Shown in pieces: positions 9,530-19,024 of a DNA stretch of 64,000 nt. Position numbers and translations under genes: made by a program. Origin of the DNA: Bacillales bacterium (GTDB taxonomy: Bacteria > Bacillota > Bacilli > Bacillales_A > Planococcaceae); contig JBBSRA010000007.1 in NCBI GenBank assembly GCA_038243515.1, positions 22,373 to 86,372 of the forward strand. Direction: 5' to 3'. The notes under the pieces are model-generated. The model was given only the letters and a program-made list of their open reading frames with translations, did no database searches and was not told the DNA's origin. Positions within the stretch are counted from its first letter, which is position 1. Every line of letters starts with the position of its first letter.

Positions 9530-10407
9530 GTATTGTAGAAGTAGAGAAATTGACGAAACATTATGGTCGAGAGACCGCTGTAAATGAACTTTCTTTTGCT
9601 TTGGAAAAAGGAACGGCTACAGCTTTGATTGGTCCGAATGGGGCAGGGAAAACGACTAGTTTATCGATGTTGGCAAACTTACTAACGCCATCGAGTGGCA
9701 CGATTAAGATGGACAAAAAACTATCCGTTGGATTTCTCCCTCAACACCCTCGATTTTTTCCTTGGTTAACTGCGTTAGAGTTTACGGAAATGGCAGCAAA
9801 ACTCAGTGGCATTGAATCGAAAAAGGCAAGAATACAAGCTATTCGAACTTTAGAATTTGTCGGACTTGCTCTGGCGCTTCAAAAGAAAATTGGTGGATTT
9901 TCAGGTGGTATGAAGCAGCGATTAGGACTTGCACAAGCCATTGTCCATCAACCTAAACTTCTGCTGTTAGACGAACCTATCTCAGCACTAGATCCGACGG
10001 GACGCCGTGAAATCATGAATTTGTTAAAGTTGTTACAACAAGAGACGACTATCCTGTACTCAACTCATATTTTGAACGATGCAGAAGAAATCACAGATCA
10101 ATTATTGTTTATGAAAGACGGACGGTTGATTGAGCAAGGGTCATTAAAAGACGTTAAAAAGCGTCATGCAGATCCGCATATTCGCATCAGATTTGAAAAT
10201 CGGAGCGAAGCGTTAGCGTTTGCGGGAAGACAATTGTGTAGAACGGAGCTCAAAGGCGATACGGTGTTGCTACCCGTTCATGAAAACCATCCAAGCATGC
10301 AAGAAGTTCTTCAAGTTTTGGCTACCCAAAGTCAAGATATTAAAGGCATTGAGTTTCAATCAGCTTCTCTAGAAGAAATTTTTCTAAAGGTGGTTGCTGC
10401 CAAATGA
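9526..10407 (+). CDS. ABC transporter ATP-binding protein (YxlF-like)
   Basis: GPNGAGKT, FSGGMKQ, LLLDEP and STH motifs. Confidence 0.9.
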   Translation: MSIVEVEKLTKHYGRETAVNELSFALEKGTATALIGPNGAGKTTSLSMLANLLTPSSGTIKMDKKLSVGFLPQHPRFFPWLTALEFTEMAAKLSGIESKKARIQAIRTLEFVGLALALQKKIGGFSGGMKQRLGLAQAIVHQPKLLLLDEPISALDPTGRREIMNLLKLLQQETTILYSTHILNDAEEITDQLLFMKDGRLIEQGSLKDVKKRHADPHIRIRFENRSEALAFAGRQLCRTELKGDTVLLPVHENHPSMQEVLQVLATQSQDIKGIEFQSASLEEIFLKVVAAK

Positions 10408-11189
10408 ACCAGTTTTTTCTGTTAATGAAAAAAGAGTGGCTTGAAAATATTCGTAACTATAAAATTTTTTGGATTCCTACTGTTTTTGTTTTATTAGGTA
10501 TTACTGAGCCGGTTGTCAATTATTTCCTGCCACAAATTTTAGAATCTTCTGGTGGATTACCAGAAGGTGCTGTGTTCGAAATGCCAACACCAACACCTGA
10601 GCAAATACTAATAGCGGTTATGGGACAATTTCAAACGATCGGAATTGTTGTACTGATTTTAGCCTATATGGGAACGATAGCTGGAGAACGCAAAAGTGGA
10701 ACAGCTACTTTGTTTTATGTTCGTCCGCTTTCTTTTTCCGCTTATTTTTTTAGTAAATGGACATTGGCATCGATCATTTCGTTAATGAGTGTATGGCTTG
10801 GGTTTCTGGTGAGCTATTATTATACATTCTTGTTTTTTGGCAAAGTAGAATGGGTTAATCTTTTGCAACTGATGGCAATTTACAGCGTTTGGGTATTGCT
10901 TATTGTCACGTTTGTAGTAACTGCAAGTGCTGTTTTACCGAACAGTGGGCTCGCAGCGACGTCTGCGTTTGCTGCGTATTTACTTCTGCAACTAGTTGAT
11001 GGATTGTTTGGTATGAATTGGTCCATCTCTCCCGTTAAGATTCCTCAGTATGCGGCAGATTGTTTAACAAGTGTTCCTGATAATACGAGTCTATGGGAAG
11101 CGATTGGCATAGCTTGTTTAATCATGGTTGTTTTATTCGGTATAGGAATTTGGGCAGCACAAAAAAACAAAGCAAAGACTAAAGTTTAG
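10404..11189 (+). CDS. ABC-2 type permease (YxlG-like)
   Basis: Six-TM profile with the GERKSGT...RPLS motif. Overlaps the ATPase stop codon. Confidence 0.85.
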   Translation: MNQFFLLMKKEWLENIRNYKIFWIPTVFVLLGITEPVVNYFLPQILESSGGLPEGAVFEMPTPTPEQILIAVMGQFQTIGIVVLILAYMGTIAGERKSGTATLFYVRPLSFSAYFFSKWTLASIISLMSVWLGFLVSYYYTFLFFGKVEWVNLLQLMAIYSVWVLLIVTFVVTASAVLPNSGLAATSAFAAYLLLQLVDGLFGMNWSISPVKIPQYAADCLTSVPDNTSLWEAIGIACLIMVVLFGIGIWAAQKNKAKTKV

Positions 11190-11212
11190 CTCAGGATTCC
11201 TGAGCTTTTTTT
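11188..11212 (+). terminator. Intrinsic terminator
   Basis: AGCTCAGG-att-CCTGAGCT followed by a T run. Confidence 0.85.
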
Positions 11213-11249
11213 ACATAACTAGTAGAATGAAGAGAAAGAGCTAGAATAC

Positions 11250-11464
11250 ATGTTGCATCATATGGAACTCAATGATTCAGATTTAACAGCGTCCAAATTT
11301 GAATCATTTGGTATTTCCTGCAGATTCACGTTCGCAAGTGGACGAAATGACTGAAAAAATGCGACAATTGGAAGTACAGATTCTATACGAAAATTGTCAT
11401 CCTTACGCAGAAGGACCTGCTATATCCTGATCGATTAAAGCTAGAGATTGTCGCACCAACTAAA
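11250..11464 (+). pseudogene. Deleted and frameshifted VOC/glyoxalase gene (YqjT-like)
   Basis: Three ordered fragments in different frames: MLHHMELNDSDL, LNHLVFPADSRSQVDEMTEKMRQLEVQILYENCHPYAEG, DRLKLEIVAP. These match the YqjT-type motifs MLHHVE, LNHLAFHA..VD..T, HP(F/Y)AGG and DRIKVELVAP. Confidence 0.75.
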
Positions 11465-11490
11465 TTAGAATTGAATAGAGGTTACTTGTT

Positions 11491-12315
11491 ATGAAGAAAG
11501 TAATAGTAATTATCGTGCTCGCGCTAATCGTATGGGGTGGCGTTTGGAGCAATAATAAATGGATTAAAACGACTGAGTATACAGTGGTATCGGAAAAATT
11601 GCCTGAAGCTTTTGAAGGAATAAAAATTGTTCAAGTATCCGATTTGCACAACGCCACTTTCGGCAAGGACCAATCTTCCATAATAGATAAAGTCGAAGCT
11701 GCTAAACCGGATGCAATTTTTTTAACGGGAGACCTCGTCGACAGTAATCGTTATAACTTAGAGACAAGTTTAATACTTGTGGATGCACTCGTTGAGATGA
11801 GTAAAGTATATTACGTTACCGGAAATCATGAAGTTGCCTCAAATCAGATTGCCGAAATTGCAGTAGCTTTACAGCAACGAGGAGTTACCGTATTAACGGA
11901 TGATTCTGTTGAATGGGAAAGAGATGGAGTAATGATTCAAATTGCAGGAATCGACGACCCATTGATCGAGCCTACTATTCATGAAGAAGAGGTCATTTAT
12001 GATAGCCTAGATGCTGCTCAATTGACGGATGATTTCACATTACTATTAGCGCACCGTCCGGAATACTTTTCTATTTATGCTGAATACGGCGTAGATATTG
12101 CTTTTTCTGGTCATGCACATGGCGGGCAAGTCCGTATTCCTGGAATAGGTGGACTGATTTCTCCAGGACAGGGCTGGTTTCCAAAAGTGACAGAAGGCGT
12201 TTTTGAAAAAGAACAATCGCAACTGGTAGTGAGTCGAGGGCTTGGAAACAGTACTTTTCCTTTGCGTATTTTTAACCGTCCAGAAATTGTCGTAGCGACG
12301 CTGAAAAAAGAGTAA
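11491..12315 (+). CDS. Calcineurin-like metallophosphoesterase (YkuE-like)
   Basis: DLH, GDLVD, GNHE, LAHRP and GHAHGGQ motifs. N-terminal membrane anchor. Confidence 0.9.
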   Translation: MKKVIVIIVLALIVWGGVWSNNKWIKTTEYTVVSEKLPEAFEGIKIVQVSDLHNATFGKDQSSIIDKVEAAKPDAIFLTGDLVDSNRYNLETSLILVDALVEMSKVYYVTGNHEVASNQIAEIAVALQQRGVTVLTDDSVEWERDGVMIQIAGIDDPLIEPTIHEEEVIYDSLDAAQLTDDFTLLLAHRPEYFSIYAEYGVDIAFSGHAHGGQVRIPGIGGLISPGQGWFPKVTEGVFEKEQSQLVVSRGLGNSTFPLRIFNRPEIVVATLKKE

Positions 12316-12373
12316 AGCTAACGTGAAAACTGGTTGCTCTAGATAGTAAATGAAAATAAGGAGGCCACCTTGT

Positions 12374-12862
12374 ATGATTAAAAAAAGAGAAGTTACATTG
12401 CACCGTTATTCTTCGAAACGATCGATCGGTTATGATTTACCAGAAGAACAACTCGAATTTGCGCGCATTCCTATCGAAATTATTGAAAAAGATGCCAAAG
12501 ATCCATCTAAGCATTTTATTATTATTAAAGCATGTGGAGAAGATGCTGGGTTTTTTGAGCTAGACGAATCGGAAGATCGAAAAAGGTATTCAGATAATCC
12601 GAAAGCTTTGTTGTTACGAGGTTTTTCTGTTAACCCAGAATATCAAGGTAGAGGAATCGCAACAGGATCTATTTATGCGTTGCCAGAATTTATCGAAGAA
12701 GAGTTTCCGAATTTCGATGAAGTAGTACTCGGTGTGAATGCACGTAATATACCCGCTCAGCGACTTTATCAAAAAGCTGGATTTGCAGATACGGGTAGAC
12801 GAATTATGCGTACAAAAGGTGAGCAACACGTCATGTCATTATCTACAAAAAAAGCCAATTGA
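12374..12862 (+). CDS. GNAT family N-acetyltransferase
   Basis: YQGRGIA acetyl-CoA motif and NIPAQRLYQKAGF. AAGGAGG precedes ATG 12374. Confidence 0.85.
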   Translation: MIKKREVTLHRYSSKRSIGYDLPEEQLEFARIPIEIIEKDAKDPSKHFIIIKACGEDAGFFELDESEDRKRYSDNPKALLLRGFSVNPEYQGRGIATGSIYALPEFIEEEFPNFDEVVLGVNARNIPAQRLYQKAGFADTGRRIMRTKGEQHVMSLSTKKAN

Positions 12863-12876
12863 GAGCGCTGTTGCTG

Positions 12877-13221
12877 TCAATCGGCTTTTTTTGTACTTAT
12901 TTCGAAATAAAGATGTTTGTGTAAGCTGCAACCAGGATTAAAAGAAGAAAAACATGATGGACAAGTGGATGCACAGGATAAATATTCAGCAATTGTCAGT
13001 TCGTGCCCACAACTCCCACATAATACAGCCTTTTGATCGAAGCATTCTTTTGGCCAGACTTGGTGTTTGCCACACCCTTCAGCTTGATGGCATTCAACAC
13101 AAGAAAAGTATTCGTTGCAACAGAAAAATTTAATGGCAATCCGGTCGATCGACGAATAGTAGTGGACACAACGCGTTTCTGCATCTACTCCAATGCCTTT
13201 TACTTGTTGAAGGTGACCCAT
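12877..13221 (-). CDS. CHY-type zinc finger protein
   Basis: RCVHY, CCNEYFSCVECH, CGSC, CPSC and FNPGCSLH motifs. Confidence 0.85.
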   Translation of the reverse strand: MGHLQQVKGIGVDAETRCVHYYSSIDRIAIKFFCCNEYFSCVECHQAEGCGKHQVWPKECFDQKAVLCGSCGHELTIAEYLSCASTCPSCFSSFNPGCSLHKHLYFEISTKKAD

Positions 13222-13348
13222 AGTAACTCCCCCTTTTTTAAAAACTATAAACAGCAGAAAAAAGCGTCTTATTTTAAAATAAATAGTTTGATTGATATAG
13301 TTCGATTTCTTACTATGCTACTATGAAAGAGACGAAACTACGAATCTA

Positions 13349-13512
13349 ATTCTTCGGGGCAAGGTGAAAGTCCTTACCGGCGGTGAGCAGGAAACTGTAA
13401 GTCCGTGACCCGTTTGGATAGATGCAAACATAGGCCACTATGTTTTGCACATCCAAACGGTGGAGCTGGTGAAATTCCGGCACCGACAGTTACAGTCTGG
13501 ATGGGAGAAGAA
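13349..13512 (+). ncRNA. FMN riboswitch (RFN element)
   Basis: TCTTCGGGGCAAGGTGAAAGTCCTTACCGGCGGT...GTCCGTGACCCG...GGTGAAATTCCGGCACCGACAGT..AGTCTGGATGGGAGAAG, located upstream of rib genes. Confidence 0.97.
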
Positions 13513-13578
13513 TCTAGAGATCGGTTTCGTTGTGTGCCTCTTCTTTTCAATGCGCTAGAATTGAAAGGAGGAATTTGT

Positions 13579-13864
13579 ATGCCCAAATATCCTTATCAGG
13601 GAGAAGTCTGTGGAAATACAAGCCAATTAGTTTTAACCTTGCTCATTTCCTCTATGGAAAAAGAGCTTTTTCAAAGTATCAAAATAGCCAGCAACCTGGC
13701 CAACTTGATAAAGAAGCAAGGCACATGAGCCAATATTTACAGATTCAAACTCTTCTAAAAAACCTATCCCCACCACCCATTCGCCCCATGGTGGAAAACA
13801 CCCGAAAACTTGTACGACCTTAATTGACTATTTTTTAGCAAGCAGAACGGAGGAGTGTGTCTAA
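13579..13864 (+). pseudogene. Vestigial sequence in the ribD position (49-aa ORF 13579-13728 with strong SD); possibly an eroded ribD
   Basis: AAAGGAGG + ATG directly follows the riboswitch, where ribD normally starts. Short in-order RibD-like fragments appear in mixed frames (REKSVEI, KRAF, SIKIASNL, EARHMSQY, PIRPMVENT). Similarity is weak. Confidence 0.35.
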
Positions 13865-14494
13865 ATGTTTACAGGAATTGTGGAAGAAGTTGGACATGTC
13901 TCGCAAGTTCGCACTAAGCCACAAGCGATGGAGCTAACTATTATGTGTGCGCTTGTTTTAGAAGACCTTAAGCGTGGAGACAGTATTGCCATTAACGGAG
14001 TTTGTTTAACTGTTTCTACTTTTACTTCTAAGACATTTACAGTTGATGTGATTCCAGAAACAGTCCAATCTTCAACGATGAATGGGCTGAAAACGGGAAG
14101 TCGAGTGAATTTAGAGCGTGCTATGCCTGCAACTGGACGATTTGGTGGTCATTTTGTTAGTGGCCATGTTGACGGCATCGGTGCTATTCGTTCTATAAAA
14201 AAAGAAGCAAATGCCATGACCAAAACCATTGAGCTTGATTCGCAACTAATGAAATACATGATGCTAAAAGGTTCAATTGCAGTAGATGGAACTTCTTTAA
14301 CTGTTTTTGCAGTAGGTCTTAACACAGTGACTATTTCATTAATTCCGACAACGCAAGAAGATTCGCTATTAGGAGAAAAAGGTATCGGTGAGAAGGTCAA
14401 TATCGAATGCGACTTACTGGCAAAGTATACCGAGCGGATTCAAACCGCAGAACCGAAAATTAGCAAAAGTTGGCTAGCTGAAAATGGATTTTAA
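13865..14494 (+). CDS. ribE: Riboflavin synthase (alpha subunit)
   Basis: MFTGIVEE N-terminus, [23 protein letters not shown] and [12 protein letters not shown]. Confidence 0.97.
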   Translation: MFTGIVEEVGHVSQVRTKPQAMELTIMCALVLEDLKRGDSIAINGVCLTVSTFTSKTFTVDVIPETVQSSTMNGLKTGSRVNLERAMPATGRFGGHFVSGHVDGIGAIRSIKKEANAMTKTIELDSQLMKYMMLKGSIAVDGTSLTVFAVGLNTVTISLIPTTQEDSLLGEKGIGEKVNIECDLLAKYTERIQTAEPKISKSWLAENGF

Positions 14495-14511
14495 AAGGAG
14501 GCGCTAAAGAG

Positions 14512-15129
14512 ATGTTTTACTCTGTAGAAAAAGCCGTTGATGACTTAAGAAATGGCAAAGCAATCATCGTAATCGATGACGAAGACCGAGAAAATGAAGG
14601 CGACTTTATTGCGTTAGCCCAATGTGCTTCACCTAAAATCGTCAACTTGATGGCAACTGAAGGACGGGGGTTGATTTGTGTGCCTATCGCATCGTCGATC
14701 GCTCAACAATTACAAATTGGTTTAATGACGGATGACAATACAGATGAATTTGGCACAGCTTTTACGATTAGTGTCGACCATAAAGAGACAACAACAGGAA
14801 TTAGCGCTTTTGAACGTTCTCACACCATTATAAGTTTAGCAAAGCAAGAGGCTAAAGCTTCGGACTTTAAACGTCCAGGTCATGTTTTTCCATTAATTGC
14901 AAAAGACGGAGGCGTCCTTGAACGCATGGGCCACACAGAAGCAGCAGTGGATTTAGCAAAACTTGCAGGCGCATCTCCAGCAGGAGTGATATGCGAAATT
15001 ATGAATCAGGATGGCACTATGGCGCGAGTAGACGATTTACAGGAAGTAGCTAAACGATTAGGGCTTGGCATTTTGACGATCAAAGATTTAGTCGCATACC
15101 AACAACAAAAAAAGATGGCGGCTTATTAA
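14512..15129 (+). CDS. ribB: 3,4-dihydroxy-2-butanone-4-phosphate synthase, stand-alone (no GTP cyclohydrolase II domain)
   Basis: [35 protein letters not shown] and VICEIM motifs. Stops at 205 aa. Confidence 0.95.
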   Translation: MFYSVEKAVDDLRNGKAIIVIDDEDRENEGDFIALAQCASPKIVNLMATEGRGLICVPIASSIAQQLQIGLMTDDNTDEFGTAFTISVDHKETTTGISAFERSHTIISLAKQEAKASDFKRPGHVFPLIAKDGGVLERMGHTEAAVDLAKLAGASPAGVICEIMNQDGTMARVDDLQEVAKRLGLGILTIKDLVAYQQQKKMAAY

Positions 15130-15151
15130 TTTACTAGAGGAGATGGGTAAT

Positions 15152-15616
15152 ATGACTGTGCAGTTTGAAGGATATTTAAATGGCGAAGGATTACGAATTG
15201 GTATAGTGGTTGGACGTTTTAATGAGTTTATTACAAGTAAATTATTAGGCGGTGCGGAAGACGCGTTAAAACGCCATGGTGTTGCAGGAGATGATGTTTC
15301 CATCGCTTGGGTGCCAGGAGCTTTTGAAATTCCGCTTGTAGCGAAAAAAATGGCGATGAGTGGGAAGTATGATGCAATCATCACTCTAGGAACAGTTATT
15401 AGAGGTGCAACGCCACATTTTGATTATGTTTGTAGCGAAGTCGCCAAAGGAGTGTCACGCGCGAGCGACCATTCAGACATTCCAATCATATTCGGAGTGC
15501 TAACAACAGATTCAATCGAACAGGCCATTGAACGCGCAGGAACAAAAGCGGGTAACAAAGGATGGGAATCTGCAGCAGGGGCCATTGAAATGGCAAACTT
15601 GATGAAAAAATTATAA
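15152..15616 (+). CDS. ribH: 6,7-dimethyl-8-ribityllumazine synthase
   Basis: [26 protein letters not shown] and [10 protein letters not shown] motifs. The second ATG fits the SD spacing. Confidence 0.97.
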   Translation: MTVQFEGYLNGEGLRIGIVVGRFNEFITSKLLGGAEDALKRHGVAGDDVSIAWVPGAFEIPLVAKKMAMSGKYDAIITLGTVIRGATPHFDYVCSEVAKGVSRASDHSDIPIIFGVLTTDSIEQAIERAGTKAGNKGWESAAGAIEMANLMKKL

Positions 15617-15621
15617 GTCCC

Positions 15622-15653
15622 ACCTCCTGAGCTTTTGCTCAGGAGGTTTTTTT
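15622..15653 (+). terminator. rib operon terminator
   Basis: ACCTCCTGAGC-tttt-GCTCAGGAGGT followed by a T run. Confidence 0.9.
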
Positions 15654-15768
15654 GAAAAGGTTGAAATATGTAAAATGGGGAATGTGTGATATAACGACAA
15701 AAACGTAAAAAAGAGTTGCGATAAATTTAACTATTAAATGAACTACCAATCCGAATGGAGAGATCGTT

Positions 15769-16299
15769 ATGAAGAAAACCATTTATTTGGTTAGGCATTG
15801 CCAAGCAACGGGGCAAGCACTAGATGCACCGTTGACGGAAATAGGCAAGACTCAGGCAAAGGAATTAGCGGAATTTCTGCGAGAACGAGAAATCATTCAT
15901 TTTGTTTCGAGTCCATTTACGCGAGCAATTCAGTCGATTGAACGTGCAGCCGACCAACAGAATTTGCCAATTGAAATTGATGATCGATTAGCCGAGCGTG
16001 TGTTGAGCTCTGAAGATTTGCCTGACTGGATGGCAAAACTTGAGGCTTCATTTGACGATGATGAGTTGAAGTTTGTCGGAGGCGAGTCTGGAAAAGAAGC
16101 GGGAGACCGAGCGATAGCAGCGATAGATAGAATGGAAGACAGAACCGTAGCGGTTACACATGGAAATTTACTGGGCTTGCTATTAAAAAGAATAGACAAA
16201 CGCTACGGGTTTTCAGAGTGGCAAAAACTAACCAACCCGGATGTGTTCGAAGTAAAGATAACGGAAAAACGTATGTCTGTAACCCGCCTATGGAAATAA
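15769..16299 (+). CDS. Histidine phosphatase family protein
   Basis: LVRHCQ, SSPFTRA, RLAE and VTHG motifs. Confidence 0.9.
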   Translation: MKKTIYLVRHCQATGQALDAPLTEIGKTQAKELAEFLREREIIHFVSSPFTRAIQSIERAADQQNLPIEIDDRLAERVLSSEDLPDWMAKLEASFDDDELKFVGGESGKEAGDRAIAAIDRMEDRTVAVTHGNLLGLLLKRIDKRYGFSEWQKLTNPDVFEVKITEKRMSVTRLWK

Positions 16300-16349
16300 A
16301 TACATAGAAAAACTGGCAGCGAAATTGCTGCCAGCTAATTAGCTGTGAA

Positions 16350-16973
16350 TTACTCAAGTGTATTTCCTTCAGCTGGAATAGGATTGTTTTTCAGCATCCC
16401 TGCGAAATGATAAGTGTTATAAGCAAGACGTTGAATTGCTGATTTAGTAAAATCATTGTCTTTCCCGGAATCCATATAAGAAGGACCTGGTCCTGCTTCG
16501 CCAACCCAGTAGGCATCAACGTTTGGTGGGATAACAAAACCAATATGAGAAAGACTGTAAAGAATAGAAGCTGCAGCATGTTTAGCGCCATCTTCGTTTC
16601 CGGTAATCGCCACACCACCGACTTTGTTATAGAAAACGGATTGTCCTTTATCGTTAGTCTCGCTACTGCTTGCGTATAATCGCTCAATCGTTTGTGTAGC
16701 TAAAGAACTTTTTTCTCCTAGCCAAAGAGGAGTACCGATAATCACAATATCTGCAGCCATTACTTTTTCGAAAACTTGTGGCCATTCGTCTCCTTCGCCC
16801 ATATCTGCTTGTACACCGTGTGCAACGGCATAATCAGCTAAACGAACAACTTCAGATTCTACGCCTAGTTGATTGTAATGAACTTGAACATCTTTGATAA
16901 ACCCTTCCGTATGAGAAGGTTCCTCTGAACCTTTTAAGGAAGTATTAATGAAAAGTGCTTTTAATGTTTGCAT
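16350..16973 (-). CDS. Flavodoxin-fold / NADPH-dependent FMN reductase family protein
   Basis: NTSLK..SHT, ADIVIIGTPLWLG and GNEDGAKH motifs. Confidence 0.8.
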   Translation of the reverse strand: MQTLKALFINTSLKGSEEPSHTEGFIKDVQVHYNQLGVESEVVRLADYAVAHGVQADMGEGDEWPQVFEKVMAADIVIIGTPLWLGEKSSLATQTIERLYASSSETNDKGQSVFYNKVGGVAITGNEDGAKHAAASILYSLSHIGFVIPPNVDAYWVGEAGPGPSYMDSGKDNDFTKSAIQRLAYNTYHFAGMLKNNPIPAEGNTLE

Positions 16974-17135
16974 TGTCTCGCCCCTTTTAAATAGTTAGGA
17001 TATATTTCTTAAAGAAATTGGAGATTACTTATCGTTAACTGAATGCTAATTTAACCTGTACAGTTTTGTATTCCCTACTTAACTGAATATATGCAACATT
17101 CAACTTGGTTTTTCGTCTGTAGAAAAGAGGTGCTT

Positions 17136-18956
17136 ATGGTGAAAAAAACAGATGTCATGCCTTATTTACTCATTTTTCTTTTATTGTTCATTAAGGTAAG
17201 TGTTTTTCGTGTGCTTATTTTTGATGCAAAATCATTTTGGCATATTGTCTTAATTGAATTCCCAACGTGGGCTTTATTGTTGTCGATTGTGTTGCTTGTA
17301 ACTAAAAAGAGAATGTGGCGTGTGGTTTGGATTTTTAATTTGTTTGTTTCTGCTATATTTTTCATTACCACGCTTTATATGCGCTATTACACAACCATTC
17401 CTTCTTACTACGATTTGCAACAATTAACGCAAACGAGTTCTGTCAGTGATACCATCACGATGTTATCCAACCCATGGGATTTTTTGTTTTTCTTAGATGC
17501 TGTGCTGCTATTTTTCCTCGCATGGCGTTGGAAAAATCCTGTAAAGCCAGTAGCAATGAAATATGTTGCGATCTCGATGGCTGCAATATCTTCAATCACC
17601 GTCGTTTATGCTCTTCAACAACCCATTATCGATGTTTCTTATTTTGCAAAAGAAAATGGATTCCTGCAATCTCAAGTAGTTCAATTGTATAATCGCTCAA
17701 CGGACACTGCTCATGCTTCTTCTAGTAAATTATCAGCAAGAGAATTAGAAGAGCTAAAAGGAAATAAGTATGTAGAAATTAGTGAACACGAAAGCTTTGG
17801 AATAGCCGAGGGGCGGCATTTGTTCGTAATTCAAGTGGAATCTTTGCAAAATTTTGTGATTAAAAGAACGTTAAATGACCAAGAAATTACACCCAACCTC
17901 AACAAACTTTTAAGTGAAAGTGCTTATTTTTCGAATGTTTTTCAGCAAGTCGGAGCGGGCACAACGTCTGATGCTGAATGGATTGTTAACACCGGACTTT
18001 ATCCGCAAGGAATGATTCCAACTACCAATAGCCTGTCAGGAAAAAGAGCCTCTTCTTTAGCACGTGCATTAAAAGAAAAAGGATATGGCTCTGCTACGTA
18101 TCACGCAGACGATGTGACGTTTTGGAACCGAGATGTTCTGTATCCGGTTCTGGGCTATGAAGAAGTGTTCTCCATCGAAGAAATGCCGAATGTGAAGAAT
18201 GTTGGATTTGGTCCTGCTGATAAAGTATTATTTGATTTTGCAGCAAGTGAATTACCGCGACAACTTGAGACTTATGACCAAATTTATGCTAATATTGTCA
18301 CGCTTACGAGTCACACACCATTTGAAATGCCTGAAGATATGCAATACTTACATTTGCCTGCTGAGTATGAAGAGATGTATATTGGAAACTACTTGCAATC
18401 AATTCGCTACGCAGATGAAGAAATTGGTGCATTTATTCAAAAACTGAAAGATCAAGGAATTTATGATGAATCGCTAATCGCGATTATGGGGGATCATTCA
18501 GGTATGCATGGCAGCTTAGTGACCGAAGAAGATCAGCGGTTATTAAGCAATTTCTTAGGACACGACTATTCGCTGAAAGATCAATATACCGTTCCGTTAC
18601 TGTTCATAGGCGGCAATCTTTTTGAAAAAACAGAAATGACGCGTCTTGGTGGGCAAACGGATGTAATGCCAACTTTGTTGGCTTTACTGGGCATCGATCA
18701 TGACTTCCCAATGATGGGACATAATTTGTTTGAGTATAAAAAGAATTTAGTAGGAATGCGTTATTATTTACCTGGAGGCTCTTATATTCAATCTGAGCAA
18801 TTTTATAAAGCACCTGGAGCCAAATTGCCGGAAGTGTTATACGATTTGAAAACAATGGAAAAACGTAGTAAAAATGGCGAAGCAAAAAAACATATCAATG
18901 ACACCGAAACATTGATGAACTATGCCGATACATTATTAAAAGAATACACAGAGTAA
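17136..18956 (+). CDS. LTA synthase family (LtaS-like sulfatase)
   Basis: N-terminal TM helices, IQVES, GAGTTSDAE (catalytic Thr), TSHTPF and GDH motifs. AAGAGGTG precedes ATG 17136. Confidence 0.9.
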   Translation: MVKKTDVMPYLLIFLLLFIKVSVFRVLIFDAKSFWHIVLIEFPTWALLLSIVLLVTKKRMWRVVWIFNLFVSAIFFITTLYMRYYTTIPSYYDLQQLTQTSSVSDTITMLSNPWDFLFFLDAVLLFFLAWRWKNPVKPVAMKYVAISMAAISSITVVYALQQPIIDVSYFAKENGFLQSQVVQLYNRSTDTAHASSSKLSARELEELKGNKYVEISEHESFGIAEGRHLFVIQVESLQNFVIKRTLNDQEITPNLNKLLSESAYFSNVFQQVGAGTTSDAEWIVNTGLYPQGMIPTTNSLSGKRASSLARALKEKGYGSATYHADDVTFWNRDVLYPVLGYEEVFSIEEMPNVKNVGFGPADKVLFDFAASELPRQLETYDQIYANIVTLTSHTPFEMPEDMQYLHLPAEYEEMYIGNYLQSIRYADEEIGAFIQKLKDQGIYDESLIAIMGDHSGMHGSLVTEEDQRLLSNFLGHDYSLKDQYTVPLLFIGGNLFEKTEMTRLGGQTDVMPTLLALLGIDHDFPMMGHNLFEYKKNLVGMRYYLPGGSYIQSEQFYKAPGAKLPEVLYDLKTMEKRSKNGEAKKHINDTETLMNYADTLLKEYTE

Positions 18957-19024
18957 TAACCGTTACACTTAAACAAAAGCTGTTAAAGTGATTAGTAAGT
19001 ATGGATGAAGGAGAGAAACAGTCT

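Noticed and set aside
13374-13823. ORFs 13374-13586 (-), 13405-13728 (+) and 13530-13823 (+)
   Set aside because: They run through the FMN aptamer or its platform and lack an SD. Only the ATG at 13579 has a ribosome-binding site.
15660-17075. Possible sigma-B promoters for the histidine phosphatase (GTTGAA-N12-GGGAAT, 15660-83) and the flavodoxin-like gene (GGGAAT near 17070)
   Set aside because: The first has an imperfect -35 and lies ~85 nt from the start. The second has no -35 at the correct spacing. Both are too weak to list.
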